A stretch of 64,000 nucleotides of DNA from Candidatus Latescibacterota bacterium. Lineage in GTDB: Bacteria; Latescibacterota; UBA2968; UBA8231. Positions 18,685 to 28,653 of this stretch are shown one piece after another. Under the pieces are notes generated by a model that worked only from the letters and a program-made list of their open reading frames with translations, had not been told where the DNA came from and searched no databases. Within the stretch, counting starts at the first letter, position 1. The number at the start of each line of letters is the position of its first letter. The DNA lies in contig JAPYRN010000025.1 of NCBI GenBank assembly GCA_029941565.1, positions 6,030-70,029 on the forward strand, given 5' to 3'. The translations under genes and the position numbers were made by a program.

Positions 18685-20112
18685 TCAGCTGAACCAGCGC
18701 CATACCTGAGCCACGACGAAACACATGACGAAACCCATGGCCACCGGTAGCAACGACGCCACTGTCGTCCACTTGGCACTTTTCGTTTCCCGGTAGATCG
18801 TGTAGATCGTTGTCGAACACGGATTGTGGACAAGGCTGAACAGCATCAGGTTCACCGCCGTCAACAAGGTCCAGCCACCGGCGCGCAGCACGTCGGCGTT
18901 GGCTGCAACCGAATCGGGCTCGAACATCACGCCCGCGCCATCACCCGTGCCAGTGATCCGTGCAGTGAGCACCGTCAGCATCAGGATCGTGGGGATGACG
19001 ATCTCGTTGGCGGGGATGGCGACGACGTAGGCCAGCAGGATGACACCGTTGAGGCCGACGAACGTACCGAAGGGTCCGGTGAAGTCGATGAAGTGCTCCG
19101 CCAGGGACTTTTCTGCCACCTGAATATTCGACGCCAGCCAGATCACGGCACCGGCGGGGATGGCAAAGACCACCGCCCGCCACAACACGATCAGCGTGCG
19201 GTCGATCACCGAGGTGTAGATGGTGCGCAGGATCTGAGGTGGCCGATACGGGGGCAGTTCCAGACTGAAAGCAGAGGCTTCACCCTTCAGTACCGTGCGC
19301 GACAGTCCCCAGGAGACGACAAAAGTCAGGAAGATACCGAGCACCGCCACACCGACGACGGCGGCGGCGGAGACCAGACCCGCCAGGTGAGCGGGCACAA
19401 GGCCACCGATAAAGATCGTCGCCACCAGGATCTGTGTCGGCCAACGGCCATTGCACAGGGCGAAGTTGTTGGTGATGATGGCGATCAGACGCTCCCGCGG
19501 GCTGTCGATGACACGCGTTGAGACGATGGCAGCGGCATTACAGCCGAAACCCATGGCCATCGTCAGTGCCTGCTTACCATGCGCCCCGGCTCGGCGGAAC
19601 AGGCCGTCCAGGTTGAAGGCGACGCGGGGCAGATAGCCGAAGTCCTCCAGCAGGGTGAACAGCGGAAAGAAGATCGCCATGGGCGGTAGCATGACGCTGA
19701 TCACCCAGGCCATGGCCAGATAGACGCCGTCGATCAGCAGCCCGCTCAGCCACCAGGGCACGCCGATGCTGTCAGCACCGCTGTTGAGGAGGGGATGAAT
19801 CATGTCGACGAGCAATGTCGCCAGCATCGCCGAAGGGTAGTTTGCCCCCTCGATTGTCAGCCAGAACACGACAGTGAGCATCAACAGCATCAGCGGAAAT
19901 CCGAGCCAGCGGCTGGTCACGAGCCGGTCGATGGTGCGGTCCGTGTCGAAGCGTCCGCATTCGCCCTTTCGGGTCACCGCCCGGTCGGCGATGCGGGCAG
20001 CTTCGGTGTAGAGTGACTCGACGAGTTCGTCGTGAAAATTGCTACCCGCCTCAAAACGCGCGGACCCGACCCGCTCCAGGATCTTTTCGGGCTGTTCCTG
20101 CAGCCGTGTCAT
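18685..20112 (-). CDS. feoB: FeoB membrane domain (C-terminal half of a split FeoB)
   Basis: [25 protein letters not shown] and NPCSTT motifs. Confidence 0.93.
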   Translation of the reverse strand: MTRLQEQPEKILERVGSARFEAGSNFHDELVESLYTEAARIADRAVTRKGECGRFDTDRTIDRLVTSRWLGFPLMLLMLTVVFWLTIEGANYPSAMLATLLVDMIHPLLNSGADSIGVPWWLSGLLIDGVYLAMAWVISVMLPPMAIFFPLFTLLEDFGYLPRVAFNLDGLFRRAGAHGKQALTMAMGFGCNAAAIVSTRVIDSPRERLIAIITNNFALCNGRWPTQILVATIFIGGLVPAHLAGLVSAAAVVGVAVLGIFLTFVVSWGLSRTVLKGEASAFSLELPPYRPPQILRTIYTSVIDRTLIVLWRAVVFAIPAGAVIWLASNIQVAEKSLAEHFIDFTGPFGTFVGLNGVILLAYVVAIPANEIVIPTILMLTVLTARITGTGDGAGVMFEPDSVAANADVLRAGGWTLLTAVNLMLFSLVHNPCSTTIYTIYRETKSAKWTTVASLLPVAMGFVMCFVVAQVWRWFS

Positions 20113-20963
20113 TCCTCCATCTCCTGTAGCGCCAGGCCGGCGTCAGACGGAACTCGACTCGACAGGTGGCGGCTCAGGTCGGCGATCTCTCCGGAGCGCA
20201 CCGCCTCAGCGATGCGTCCGTCCCCTTCCAGCAGGCGCAGTGCCACCCAGCGGGCATTCGGCAGTCCGGGGAAAGCGGTGGCTACTTCGTCGGTCAGATC
20301 TCCGAGGGCATTCTTCAGCCCCGGCGGCGACTCGATTCGGTGCGGTTTGCAGATGGCGCGGCCAGCAGCCACGTCGGCCACGGCCTGCAGCAACTCCGGA
20401 ATCCCCTCGCCTTTGCGAGCTACTGTCGGCACCACGGGGACCCCGAGGTCACGGGCGAGTCTGCGCTCGTCCACCTCCATGCCGCGACGTTGCACCTCGT
20501 CCATCAGGTTGAGGCAGATGACGGCGCGGTCAGTGATTTCCAGGACTTGGAGCACCAGATTCAGATTGCGCTCCAGGACGGTCGCATCGACGACAATGAC
20601 GGTGACATCAGGGCTGCCGAAGAGGATGAAGTCGCGCGCCACCTCCTCGTCGTCGCTGGTGGACAATAGTGAGTAGGTACCAGGCAGATCCATCAGCTTA
20701 TAGCGCTGCCCGGCGTAGGCGAAACCTCCCTCGGCGCGCACGACGGTCTTGCCTGGCCAGTTGCCCGTGTGCTGGCGTAGCCCCGTGAGGCTGTTGAACA
20801 CGGTCGTCTTGCCGGTGTTTGGATTGCCCGCCAGGGCCACTACGAAGTCCCAGTTGGCCATGTTCACACCGAGTCTGATCAGATTTCCCGTGTGGTGGGC
20901 GGGGCAGGCTTCGCAGGGGCTGTCGGCAACGGCCGGGGACGCAACTTTCTCTTCTGTACTCAT
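20109..20963 (-). CDS. feoB: FeoB GTPase domain (N-terminal half of a split FeoB)
   Basis: G1 [17 protein letters not shown]3 DLPG, G4 NLMD; N-terminal CEACPAH. Confidence 0.93.
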   Translation of the reverse strand: MSTEEKVASPAVADSPCEACPAHHTGNLIRLGVNMANWDFVVALAGNPNTGKTTVFNSLTGLRQHTGNWPGKTVVRAEGGFAYAGQRYKLMDLPGTYSLLSTSDDEEVARDFILFGSPDVTVIVVDATVLERNLNLVLQVLEITDRAVICLNLMDEVQRRGMEVDERRLARDLGVPVVPTVARKGEGIPELLQAVADVAAGRAICKPHRIESPPGLKNALGDLTDEVATAFPGLPNARWVALRLLEGDGRIAEAVRSGEIADLSRHLSSRVPSDAGLALQEMEE

Positions 20964-22015
20964 CCTTGTTTTTCCACTTGCTTGGGATGGTGGTCAACCT
21001 GCTGTTCGGCAAGATCGCGTTCTACCTGGATGTGGCGCGCCTGATGCCGGCGCAGGGCGATGGTGGCTCCTCGGATCTGGTAAGCCGTGGGGTCGCCGGT
21101 GGGGCTGCGCATCTCCATCGAGACTTCCGTGCCTGGGACCAACCCCATGTCCATCAGCCGCCGTCGCTCCAGGCCACGACAAGCAGGCGAAATGCGTACG
21201 ACACTGGCGCTCTCGCCCAGTGCCAGATCATCGAGGGAGTCGTATGGCCCAGGCATCTCTTCGTCGACGGGGTGCACGAACAGATTCCCTGCCACGACTG
21301 GCGGCAGACTGTGGGGTTGGCCGTCGGCGACGAGCCGCACCTCTTCCTCATTCATCCGCGTCAGCTGGACGCGCACACCTGGATGGAGGCCGGCCTCGGT
21401 CAGACGTTGATAGACCTCCTCCGGCTCATCCTCTACGTGCTCGATTCGACCCAGCTCGCCTTCCTTGAGTGCCGTCAGGGGCCGGCTGCTTCGAGGGGGT
21501 ACCTTGCCCTCGGCGGTTGGGATGGGGTCGCCATGCGGGTCGTACGCGGGGTGTCCCATCTCCTGGGATAGCGTCTCTGTCTCTTCAGCCGACAGGTGGT
21601 GTTCCTGCCGTTCCGCCTCCTCATGCCAGCGGGCTCTGCTGACACCGGTCCGCTCTGCCAGGTGTCGTTCCCACAGACGATGCATGCGCACGATCCGCAA
21701 GGCCTCGTCCCGCCCCTCTTGGGTAAGCCCCACCCCGGCCTCCACGGTGGAAGATGCCAGGCGCATGGACTCGAGTTGGATAAGCACCACAGCAGCCCTG
21801 CTCCGCGGCACCTCCAGAACCCCTGCGAGGCTCTCCACACTGGCCGATCGTCTTTGATACTCGCAGTCGTACAGATGCTTAAGCCCGTCTTCGAGCAGGA
21901 CTCGTCCACTCAGCCGCGCCAGGCGCCGCCAACGCCACACGTAGCCTCTTCGCGGCCACAGAAGTAGTGCGAGTATGGCAAGGGCCAGCGGATACAGAGC
22001 GTAAGAGATGTCCAT
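20960..22015 (-). CDS. Membrane-anchored DtxR-like protein fused to two FeoA domains
   Basis: N-terminal hydrophobic helix; EDGLKHLY, RMHRLWE, HEEAERQEH, DPHGDPIP; C-terminal RRLMDMGLVPG..SPTGDP..IALRR. Confidence 0.88.
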   Translation of the reverse strand: MDISYALYPLALAILALLLWPRRGYVWRWRRLARLSGRVLLEDGLKHLYDCEYQRRSASVESLAGVLEVPRSRAAVVLIQLESMRLASSTVEAGVGLTQEGRDEALRIVRMHRLWERHLAERTGVSRARWHEEAERQEHHLSAEETETLSQEMGHPAYDPHGDPIPTAEGKVPPRSSRPLTALKEGELGRIEHVEDEPEEVYQRLTEAGLHPGVRVQLTRMNEEEVRLVADGQPHSLPPVVAGNLFVHPVDEEMPGPYDSLDDLALGESASVVRISPACRGLERRRLMDMGLVPGTEVSMEMRSPTGDPTAYQIRGATIALRRHQARHIQVERDLAEQQVDHHPKQVEKQG

Positions 22016-22031
22016 AGTCGCAAACTTTATT

Positions 22032-22151
22032 ATTAGATGTGGCTAAATTTTAGATGTGGCTAAATTTTACTCCGACCTTAGATTCGGTGCCAACCGGCGT
22101 CAAGCGCCGGGAACCGATCAGCGGAGTGGAAATAATTTAGCAAAGGCTAAA
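22032..22151. promoter_or_regulatory. Three DtxR/MntR-type operator boxes
   Basis: TTAGATGTGGCTAAATT twice in tandem (22033-22066) and TTTAGCAAAGGCTAAA (22136-22151), all (T)TTAG-N6-CTAA(A) palindromes, between divergent genes. Confidence 0.75.
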
Positions 22152-22228
22152 CCCATAGTCAACCACTTGCTAATTTTCCGAAACTCCCGTAGTTATCTGG
22201 AGACAGGCTCTGGCCCACAGGAGAACGA

Positions 22229-22897
22229 ATGCTCAGCGAAGCAGTACAGGATTATCTGAAGTCGATTTACAAGCTGGGCCGGGGACCGGAGGCAGGCGCC
22301 ATGGTATCGACCACCTTGATCGCTGAGCGTATGGGCGTGTCGGCAGCGTCAGCGACGAATATGGTCAAGAAGCTCTCCGAGATGCGGCTCCTTGAACATC
22401 GACCGTACCAAGGCGTGGAGTTGACTGAGGCCGGCGTCAGAGTCGCCCTTGAGATCGTGCGCCATCACCGCTTGCTCGAACTCTACCTGCGCCAGGCGCT
22501 CGGATACGACTGGGATGCCGTTGACGCTGAAGCAGACCGGCTGGAACACGCCATCTCAGAGGACTTCGAGGATCGCATCGACGAGGCCCTCGGTTTTCCC
22601 ACGGTGGGTGCCCACGGCGAGCCGATTCCCACGAAAGACGGCAGCATTGCCGAACCTGAGTATGCCCGGCTGTCCGAATTGAGTGAAGGCCAGCGCGCCT
22701 GCATTCGTCAGGTGAGTGACCGTGACCCGGAGTTTCTACGATACCTCGACCGCAATGGTCTCATACTCGGCACGGAGTTTCGCATCGCCGAGAAGGCGCC
22801 ATTTCGCGGGCCGATCCGTCTGGATATCACAAGAGGCGGCGAGCAGCACATCGGCCTCGAGGCGGCGGAAGCGATCTTCGTAGATATTCTGGAATAG
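22229..22897 (+). CDS. DtxR/MntR family metal-dependent repressor
   Basis: QDYLKSIY, RHHRLLELYL, EADRLEH, HGEPIP and a C-terminal FeoA-like domain. Confidence 0.93.
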   Translation: MLSEAVQDYLKSIYKLGRGPEAGAMVSTTLIAERMGVSAASATNMVKKLSEMRLLEHRPYQGVELTEAGVRVALEIVRHHRLLELYLRQALGYDWDAVDAEADRLEHAISEDFEDRIDEALGFPTVGAHGEPIPTKDGSIAEPEYARLSELSEGQRACIRQVSDRDPEFLRYLDRNGLILGTEFRIAEKAPFRGPIRLDITRGGEQHIGLEAAEAIFVDILE

Positions 22898-22911
22898 GAA
22901 TTTCCTGGCGA

Positions 22912-23577
22912 TCACGCCTCTGGCGTGTGACCATTCGTCTTGACCCGCGTTTTGCGCAGCAACCGTGCCTCGAGTACGGGTAGCAACTCTTCGAGATACT
23001 CCGCCAGATTCTGCAGTCGGGCATTCTCGCTGGTCATTTCCAACAGCCGCTGCTTGCGTGCCACCTCGATGCCGGTGCGCTGAGCGATATCCCAACTCTC
23101 CCCTTCCTCAAGTCCCCGTCCCATCTCTTCTTCGACGCCCTCGACATCGACGATTTTCGCTCCTGCCTCCTGGGCGGCCAGATCCGCGAGGCTGCGAAAA
23201 CGGGTCTTGACCAATTCCTGCAACGCTGGATCAGTCTCGTCATCCTCATCATCGTCGAAGAATTCTACCCGGCCCCGCAGATAAGCTTCATCCTCGAACA
23301 ACTCCACAATGCGGTATCGGGACTTCGCCCTGCAGACGATATCGAAGGAGCCGTCCGCTTTGGCCTCGGCTCGGCGGACGACGGTGACGGCACAACCGAC
23401 ACCGGCGACTTCGCCATCGTTCTCATAGCTGATACCAAAGGCTTGATAGTGGCCGTCATCACCCCTGCAGTCGGTGATCATCTTTTTGTACCGCACTTCG
23501 AAGATGTGCAACGGTACAAGGTGACTGGGGAAAACGACGATGGAGAGCGGGAAGAGTGGGATGATTTCTCGGTGCAT
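22912..23577 (-). CDS. Stand-alone Lon protease N-terminal (substrate-binding) domain protein
   Basis: IPLFPL..VFP..PLHIFEVRY and KQRLLEM motifs. Confidence 0.9.
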   Translation of the reverse strand: MHREIIPLFPLSIVVFPSHLVPLHIFEVRYKKMITDCRGDDGHYQAFGISYENDGEVAGVGCAVTVVRRAEAKADGSFDIVCRAKSRYRIVELFEDEAYLRGRVEFFDDDEDDETDPALQELVKTRFRSLADLAAQEAGAKIVDVEGVEEEMGRGLEEGESWDIAQRTGIEVARKQRLLEMTSENARLQNLAEYLEELLPVLEARLLRKTRVKTNGHTPEA

Positions 23578-23615
23578 TGCCGGTCGTCGGGGGATCGGGT
23601 AGGTTCTGCACGGAC

Positions 23616-23912
23616 ATGGGAGAATACTACACACCTGCGTCGGACGAACATATCGCCCGCGAGAAGGACAGGGGCCGCGATCTGCGCGGCAGCCAATGGT
23701 GGAAGAACCGGTTGGGCCAGGGACGCTGCCATTACTGTGGTCTGACCGTCCCACCGCGTCAACTCACCATGGACCATGTCGTGCCCCTGGTACGCGGCGG
23801 CTTCACCGAGAAGGGCAACGTCGTACCCTGCTGCAAGGACTGCAACTCGGCAAAACGCGATCTACTCCCCCTCGAGTGGGACGAGCACCTCGCCCGCATA
23901 CGCGCCGGTTGA
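23616..23912 (+). CDS. Small HNH endonuclease family protein
   Basis: CHYC..LTMDHVVPLVRGG..NVVPCCKDCN. Confidence 0.9.
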   Translation: MGEYYTPASDEHIAREKDRGRDLRGSQWWKNRLGQGRCHYCGLTVPPRQLTMDHVVPLVRGGFTEKGNVVPCCKDCNSAKRDLLPLEWDEHLARIRAG

Positions 23913-24140
23913 TTACCTCGGTATGGTAGGCAACTGCTGCCCGCTAGCGGCGTCCTTCACCTGGCTGCGGACGGCGGAGCTTACGGCCGAATTGATCTGG
24001 ACCTCTGCGTAACTTCTCGCTGCTGCCGGCGCCTCGAAGAGAAAATGAGCGAGCACGGCCAAGACGCCGCAGACCAGGGTCATCAGAGCGTAGAGTCGCA
24101 GATTTGAACGTCTACGGTGTCCTCTGTGTCGTGGCGCCAT
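23913..24140 (-). CDS. Small hypothetical membrane protein
   Basis: Basic N-terminus plus one TM helix; AGGAG before the ATG; 7 bp after the upstream stop. Confidence 0.6.
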   Translation of the reverse strand: MAPRHRGHRRRSNLRLYALMTLVCGVLAVLAHFLFEAPAAARSYAEVQINSAVSSAVRSQVKDAASGQQLPTIPR

Positions 24141-24147
24141 AAATCTC

Positions 24148-25089
24148 CTAGTGGTATTCCAATAGCGGTTGGATTGCAGCTTCCACTTCCTTGGCCACCG
24201 CGGCAGGAACTCGCGGATTGAAGGGCCCGCCCTCGCCGCCTTCGATGTCATCGAAGCCACTCAGATGCATGGCCTCGACGACGGCGGAGTAGTTGTAGGT
24301 CCGATTGTCACGGAAGCGGACCTCCTCCAGTGGTGTCACCAGCCCTTCGATGACGCGCGCCGCCGCCCAGTCACCTCGGCGCTGGGCATTGTTGATCTCA
24401 TCTGAGGCCCGCACGAATGCGACGTTGATCCCTGACGTGTGTCCCTTGGTGCCAGCCTCAGCTGGCCCTGTGCTGCGGTCCCCGATCCCCCAGATGACAA
24501 TACCGGCGCCATCCCGGACACCCTCGACGATCGGTTTCACATCATCCGGGGAAGTGCCGATTTTGACCCCGACGAAGTGTGGGGAGTCGTTGATCAGACG
24601 CACGGCGATAGACGCCTGATTCGGCTGTCGTAGATAGTACAGAAACCGAGCCCCGTGCTCGCCACCGAGACGCTCAGCTAACGCCATGTAGTCATGATAC
24701 ATGCCCTCGGGATCGGCGACTCCGGTCAGTGGCATCAACAGGAAAGCGTCAGGGGGTGCCGCCAGTCTGCATTGTGCCGCAATCAGGCCTTCGGCATCCA
24801 CTACCGGATTGGGTGCGACACCGGAGATAAAGATGCCTCGACCGGCAACCTGTGACGCCGTCGCCTCCATCAACTTCAGCTGGTCCCCGATGCTGATATG
24901 GTGGACGAGGCTCGTGCCGGCGATGGAAATGACCCGAGAACGATCACCGTCCAGGTGATTGTTATCCAGCAGGTAATCGATATTCTTGCCGTGGCCCGTA
25001 TAGTCGATCGCGCCCCCCGAAAAGGGCACGATGGGAATCGAAATAACGGTGTCGAGGGCGGCCAACAGGGCTTGGTTACTGAGTGTCAT
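24148..25089 (-). CDS. Divergent DapA/DHDPS-family lyase or dehydratase
   Basis: IPIVPF..IDY, YYLR and FVGVKIG (Schiff-base Lys); AGTS replaces GxxGE. Confidence 0.75.
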   Translation of the reverse strand: MTLSNQALLAALDTVISIPIVPFSGGAIDYTGHGKNIDYLLDNNHLDGDRSRVISIAGTSLVHHISIGDQLKLMEATASQVAGRGIFISGVAPNPVVDAEGLIAAQCRLAAPPDAFLLMPLTGVADPEGMYHDYMALAERLGGEHGARFLYYLRQPNQASIAVRLINDSPHFVGVKIGTSPDDVKPIVEGVRDGAGIVIWGIGDRSTGPAEAGTKGHTSGINVAFVRASDEINNAQRRGDWAAARVIEGLVTPLEEVRFRDNRTYNYSAVVEAMHLSGFDDIEGGEGGPFNPRVPAAVAKEVEAAIQPLLEYH

Positions 25090-25176
25090 TCGATCTCCGG
25101 TCCGATGTTTCTGGTTGACCTATGGCTGTTCTTATGTTGGCCAAAATGATACAGTAGTGACGGGCATCGAGGGCTG

Positions 25177-26259
25177 TCAACGGGCGATGGTGAAAGGCGA
25201 CATGTCCCGGCCAGGACTCCCCTCCATGATCCAACGCGCCACAACCTGGCCTGTATGGGGCCCCATGAGTATACCACTCTTGTAGTGACCGGTGGCAACG
25301 AAGAGTGTCCCAGTCTCCAGGGGGGTGATCACGGGGCGCCCTCGGCGCGGTTTTGGCCGCAGGCCGGCACGTAGCTGACGAAGTGATGGCGCCGGATCGA
25401 AGAGCCTTCCACTCCAGGCCATCAACTCCTGGCGGGCGGCATCCGTCGTCGTTAGATCGAAGCCGACCTCATCGACGGTGCCCCCAACGAGGGTGTCGTC
25501 GCCATCGGGGAGCGCGTGTAGTCCGCCCCAGCGTAGCACGTGCCGTACGTGCACCCCCGAAAAAAACCCGCTCTGGCCACGTATGGGACGCACCCGGACG
25601 GACGGAGCCAGCTCGCCGGTCCACGCCCCCGTGGTGACCACTGCGACATCGTAGCTCTCCGTGCATTCTCCCGAAGCCATCGCCAGATGGCAGTCGACGC
25701 CACCATCGAGTGGCCTGATTTCCGTAACCGTCGTCGACGTACGCACCACAGTACCTCGCTTCTGTGCGGCCACCCGTAGCGCCGTTCCGAGCCGCACGGG
25801 ATCCACACGCCCGTCCTGCGGGAATCGCGCGCCGCCCAACGCCGCTGTGGTCAGGCCAGGTTCGGCCTCACGCAGGGCTGATTCATCCAACCACTCCGCT
25901 TCAGCACCACGGCTGAGATTGAGGTCGACCCAGTCGCGGAGTGTGCCTGCCTCCCCTTCATCGAAGGCCAGATCGATGCCGCCCAGCGGGCGCCAACCCA
26001 CATCGATGCCGGTCTCCTGAAACAACAGCGCAGAAAGGGGCTCGTGCAGGGCGTGGCAGTCCCGATAGAAGCTCGAATACGCATCATCGGCGCCATACGC
26101 ATGGGTCAGTACGCCGAGAGAGGAACGGGAGGTAGGTGACGGTCCATCGTCGCTATCCATCAGGGTCACGGCAGCACCGGCATGCGCCAGGTAGTACGCC
26201 GTGGACTGACCGATGATGCCGGCGCCGATGACGACAACGCGCGGACCGGAGTCAGTCAC
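25177..26259 (-). CDS. FAD-dependent oxidoreductase (glycine oxidase ThiO/DAO family)
   Basis: IGAGIIG, VRPIRGQ, AGLRP and ATGHYKSGILMGP motifs. Confidence 0.88.
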   Translation of the reverse strand: MTDSGPRVVVIGAGIIGQSTAYYLAHAGAAVTLMDSDDGPSPTSRSSLGVLTHAYGADDAYSSFYRDCHALHEPLSALLFQETGIDVGWRPLGGIDLAFDEGEAGTLRDWVDLNLSRGAEAEWLDESALREAEPGLTTAALGGARFPQDGRVDPVRLGTALRVAAQKRGTVVRTSTTVTEIRPLDGGVDCHLAMASGECTESYDVAVVTTGAWTGELAPSVRVRPIRGQSGFFSGVHVRHVLRWGGLHALPDGDDTLVGGTVDEVGFDLTTTDAARQELMAWSGRLFDPAPSLRQLRAGLRPKPRRGRPVITPLETGTLFVATGHYKSGILMGPHTGQVVARWIMEGSPGRDMSPFTIAR

Positions 26260-27472
26260 GGCGCTGGCGATGTACCAGTGCCGGCAGGTGGGTTACCGGA
26301 CAGCCGCGGGCGCCGCGTACTGAATATCCCATGTCGCCGAGGATGCAGCCGATTTCCGACTCGAGGCGGAGGAGATACTCACGCTCCTCGCCGCTGAGCA
26401 CGCTGCGTGGTGGCCCCACGTCGAAACCCCGTACCGCAACGCCCGTCTTGAAGCCCTCAGGGAAATTCACACCGAGAAGCATCAGGTTGATCAATGGCAG
26501 GATACGATACTGCAATTCCCGCGCCCGTTGGAGATCCTCGGCACCCGCACGCTCATAGAGTTCGACGATGATCTCCGGAATGATCCCAGACGTGGCGATT
26601 GTGCCACCGTTGGCGCCCATGATGATCGACGGCAACAGATTCTCCTCACACCCATTGAGGACCACGTAGTCTGGTCGGTGCTGCCGCAACCGCTGCATGG
26701 TGTTGATGAGCCGAGGCAGATCACGACTCGAGTCCTTCGTCCCGAAGATGCGGTCGAAGGCGAGCAACTCCTCCATGATGTCGAGGGTGAGTTCCTGCGT
26801 GAACTGCGGAATGTTGTACAGCAGAATATCGAGTGGCGAATTGCGCGCAATCTCGGCGAAGTACTCGTAGAGACTCGCTTCGGAGATCTTGTAGTAGTAA
26901 GGTGGTACCAACGAGATGGCATCGGCGCCGATGTCGGTGTAGAACTCCGCCATCTGGATCACGTCCCGCACATTCGCCTCGCTGGCACCGGCAAGGATCG
27001 GCACGCGTCCCTGGTTGACATCGACGATGAGACGTACGACATCGCGACGCTCTTCTGAGGAGAGTCGCACGAACTCTCCGGTGGATCCATTTGGATAGAG
27101 TCCATGGATGCCGGCATCGATCAGCCAGCAGATGTAGCGCTCCATCTCCTTGTAGTTGATCGCACCCGAGGCATCATAGATGACGATGTTCGGCGTGAAA
27201 ATACCACTGAATCTGCGACTGCGTTCTGAGCTGCCCGGGGCAGCCGGCACCCCTGGCGTTGACACCGATCTTGACGTCGTCGCCGCTGGCGATCCCCCGG
27301 TGCGTGCAGGGGCGGCGCCGACATGGACGACCTGCACACCACGGTCCCGCAGAAAGTCGTGGGCAGATGGGGTGATCTTGGCACGGGGGCAGATCTCTAC
27401 CTGCTTGTCGGTATCACCGAGACGGCTGGCCAGCAGCTGTGCAGTCACTACGGGATCATCGATTCGGACCAT
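26252..27472 (-). CDS. DapA-family class I aldolase with an extra N-terminal BMC-associated domain (putative signature enzyme)
   Basis: NGSTGEF, LLYNIP and GTKDSS catalytic motifs; about 85 aa N-terminal extension containing KITPSAHDFLRDRGV. Confidence 0.88.
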   Translation of the reverse strand: MVRIDDPVVTAQLLASRLGDTDKQVEICPRAKITPSAHDFLRDRGVQVVHVGAAPARTGGSPAATTSRSVSTPGVPAAPGSSERSRRFSGIFTPNIVIYDASGAINYKEMERYICWLIDAGIHGLYPNGSTGEFVRLSSEERRDVVRLIVDVNQGRVPILAGASEANVRDVIQMAEFYTDIGADAISLVPPYYYKISEASLYEYFAEIARNSPLDILLYNIPQFTQELTLDIMEELLAFDRIFGTKDSSRDLPRLINTMQRLRQHRPDYVVLNGCEENLLPSIIMGANGGTIATSGIIPEIIVELYERAGAEDLQRARELQYRILPLINLMLLGVNFPEGFKTGVAVRGFDVGPPRSVLSGEEREYLLRLESEIGCILGDMGYSVRGARGCPVTHLPALVHRQRRD

Positions 27473-27492
27473 GACTCAGTCGGTGGGCTACC

Positions 27493-28653
27493 TCACGCGT
27501 GGGGTAGCCGCTTCTCCATGGTGTCGTAGGGAAGGGGGATGATGTGTGCTGCTACGAGTTCTCCATATTGACCCGCCGTGCTGCGAGCGACATCCAGGGC
27601 CATTTCCACGGCCCCCGTCTCACCACGCACGACGCAAGCGGTGAGAAAGTAGCCCACTTTGTAGCGGCCCTCATACGTCACGTCGGCGTTTTTTAACATT
27701 GCATCCAGGGCCATAACGAGACCGATGGTGGTACGGGTTTCAACGAGGCCCATCGCCGTATCTGCATGGGACCGCGGCGGCGTTGAAGCCACAGGATGTG
27801 CAAAGGCGGCCATCACCGCTTCGTCCGGACGGGGGATAACGATCTGGCCATTCAGTTCAGCCGCTTCTCCAGCCCGGGCAGAACCGCTGTCGACGGCTGC
27901 CGTCACGTCGTCGAGCCGGCCCTCTACGAGGGTGGCTACACGTCCACCGCTGCCGATCGTCAAACCAACCACTGCAACATCAGCATCTTTCACCATCACA
28001 TCGCTGGCCGCGACGGAGCCGACGTAGCCGGTGGTCTCGACAATTCCCAGTCCTCCCGTGGCTCGTCTTTCCCCTGCGGGGCGGGGAGGCAGCAACAGAT
28101 CGAGCTCCATTTCCGGTTGACTCAATACCAGGGCGGCATGAAACTCGCCTGCACGCTGAGCGGCCAACTCACCGGCGGCGATCGCTGCTTCGACGTCACC
28201 CACACTGCCGGTGACACAAGCGTGGACGAGGGCACCGCCAATAAAGGTCCAGCCCGCCAGATCGACGTCCCCCGCCTTCACCATGGCATCGGCGGCCGCC
28301 ACAAGCGGCACAACACCCTTTGTCTCGAGAATACCAAGAGCTTCGTACTCGCCGTTGGCGCCACCAGCCTGGAGACTGGCGCCATGAGGCATCGATCCAA
28401 GAGCATCAGCCTCTGGCCGCGGCACAACCGCAGCGGTAATCACATCTCCGCGGAGCGCTGCCTCCTGGCGGCCATTGTCGATGGCGACCTGCACATCCGC
28501 CGTCTGCCCTTCGATGACGACGGTGAGCCAACCCGAGCCGATCATGTGTCGCCCGACGAGTCGTACGGAGGTTGCCTTGAACATGACGTCCACGGCGGCG
28601 GCGAGGGCGACCATGCCGCGCACTTCGAGAATACCGAGAGCTGCCGTCGCCAT
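27493..28653 (-). CDS. BMC shell protein with four tandem BMC domains (386 aa)
   Basis: Four repeats: ALGILEVRG..DVMFK..PRP; ALGILETKG..DAMVK..SQP; GLGIVETTG..DVMVK..PRP; AMGLVETRT..DAMLK..PLP. Confidence 0.92.
   Translation of the reverse strand: MATAALGILEVRGMVALAAAVDVMFKATSVRLVGRHMIGSGWLTVVIEGQTADVQVAIDNGRQEAALRGDVITAAVVPRPEADALGSMPHGASLQAGGANGEYEALGILETKGVVPLVAAADAMVKAGDVDLAGWTFIGGALVHACVTGSVGDVEAAIAAGELAAQRAGEFHAALVLSQPEMELDLLLPPRPAGERRATGGLGIVETTGYVGSVAASDVMVKDADVAVVGLTIGSGGRVATLVEGRLDDVTAAVDSGSARAGEAAELNGQIVIPRPDEAVMAAFAHPVASTPPRSHADTAMGLVETRTTIGLVMALDAMLKNADVTYEGRYKVGYFLTACVVRGETGAVEMALDVARSTAGQYGELVAAHIIPLPYDTMEKRLPHA

Noticed and set aside
20109-20112. FeoB split as a frameshift pseudogene
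   Set aside because: A clean ATGA overlap with a strong SD and both halves intact indicate a real two-gene arrangement.
23616-23912. HNH nuclease as a mobile or defence element
   Set aside because: Small stand-alone type with no methylase, integrase, repeats or phage context.
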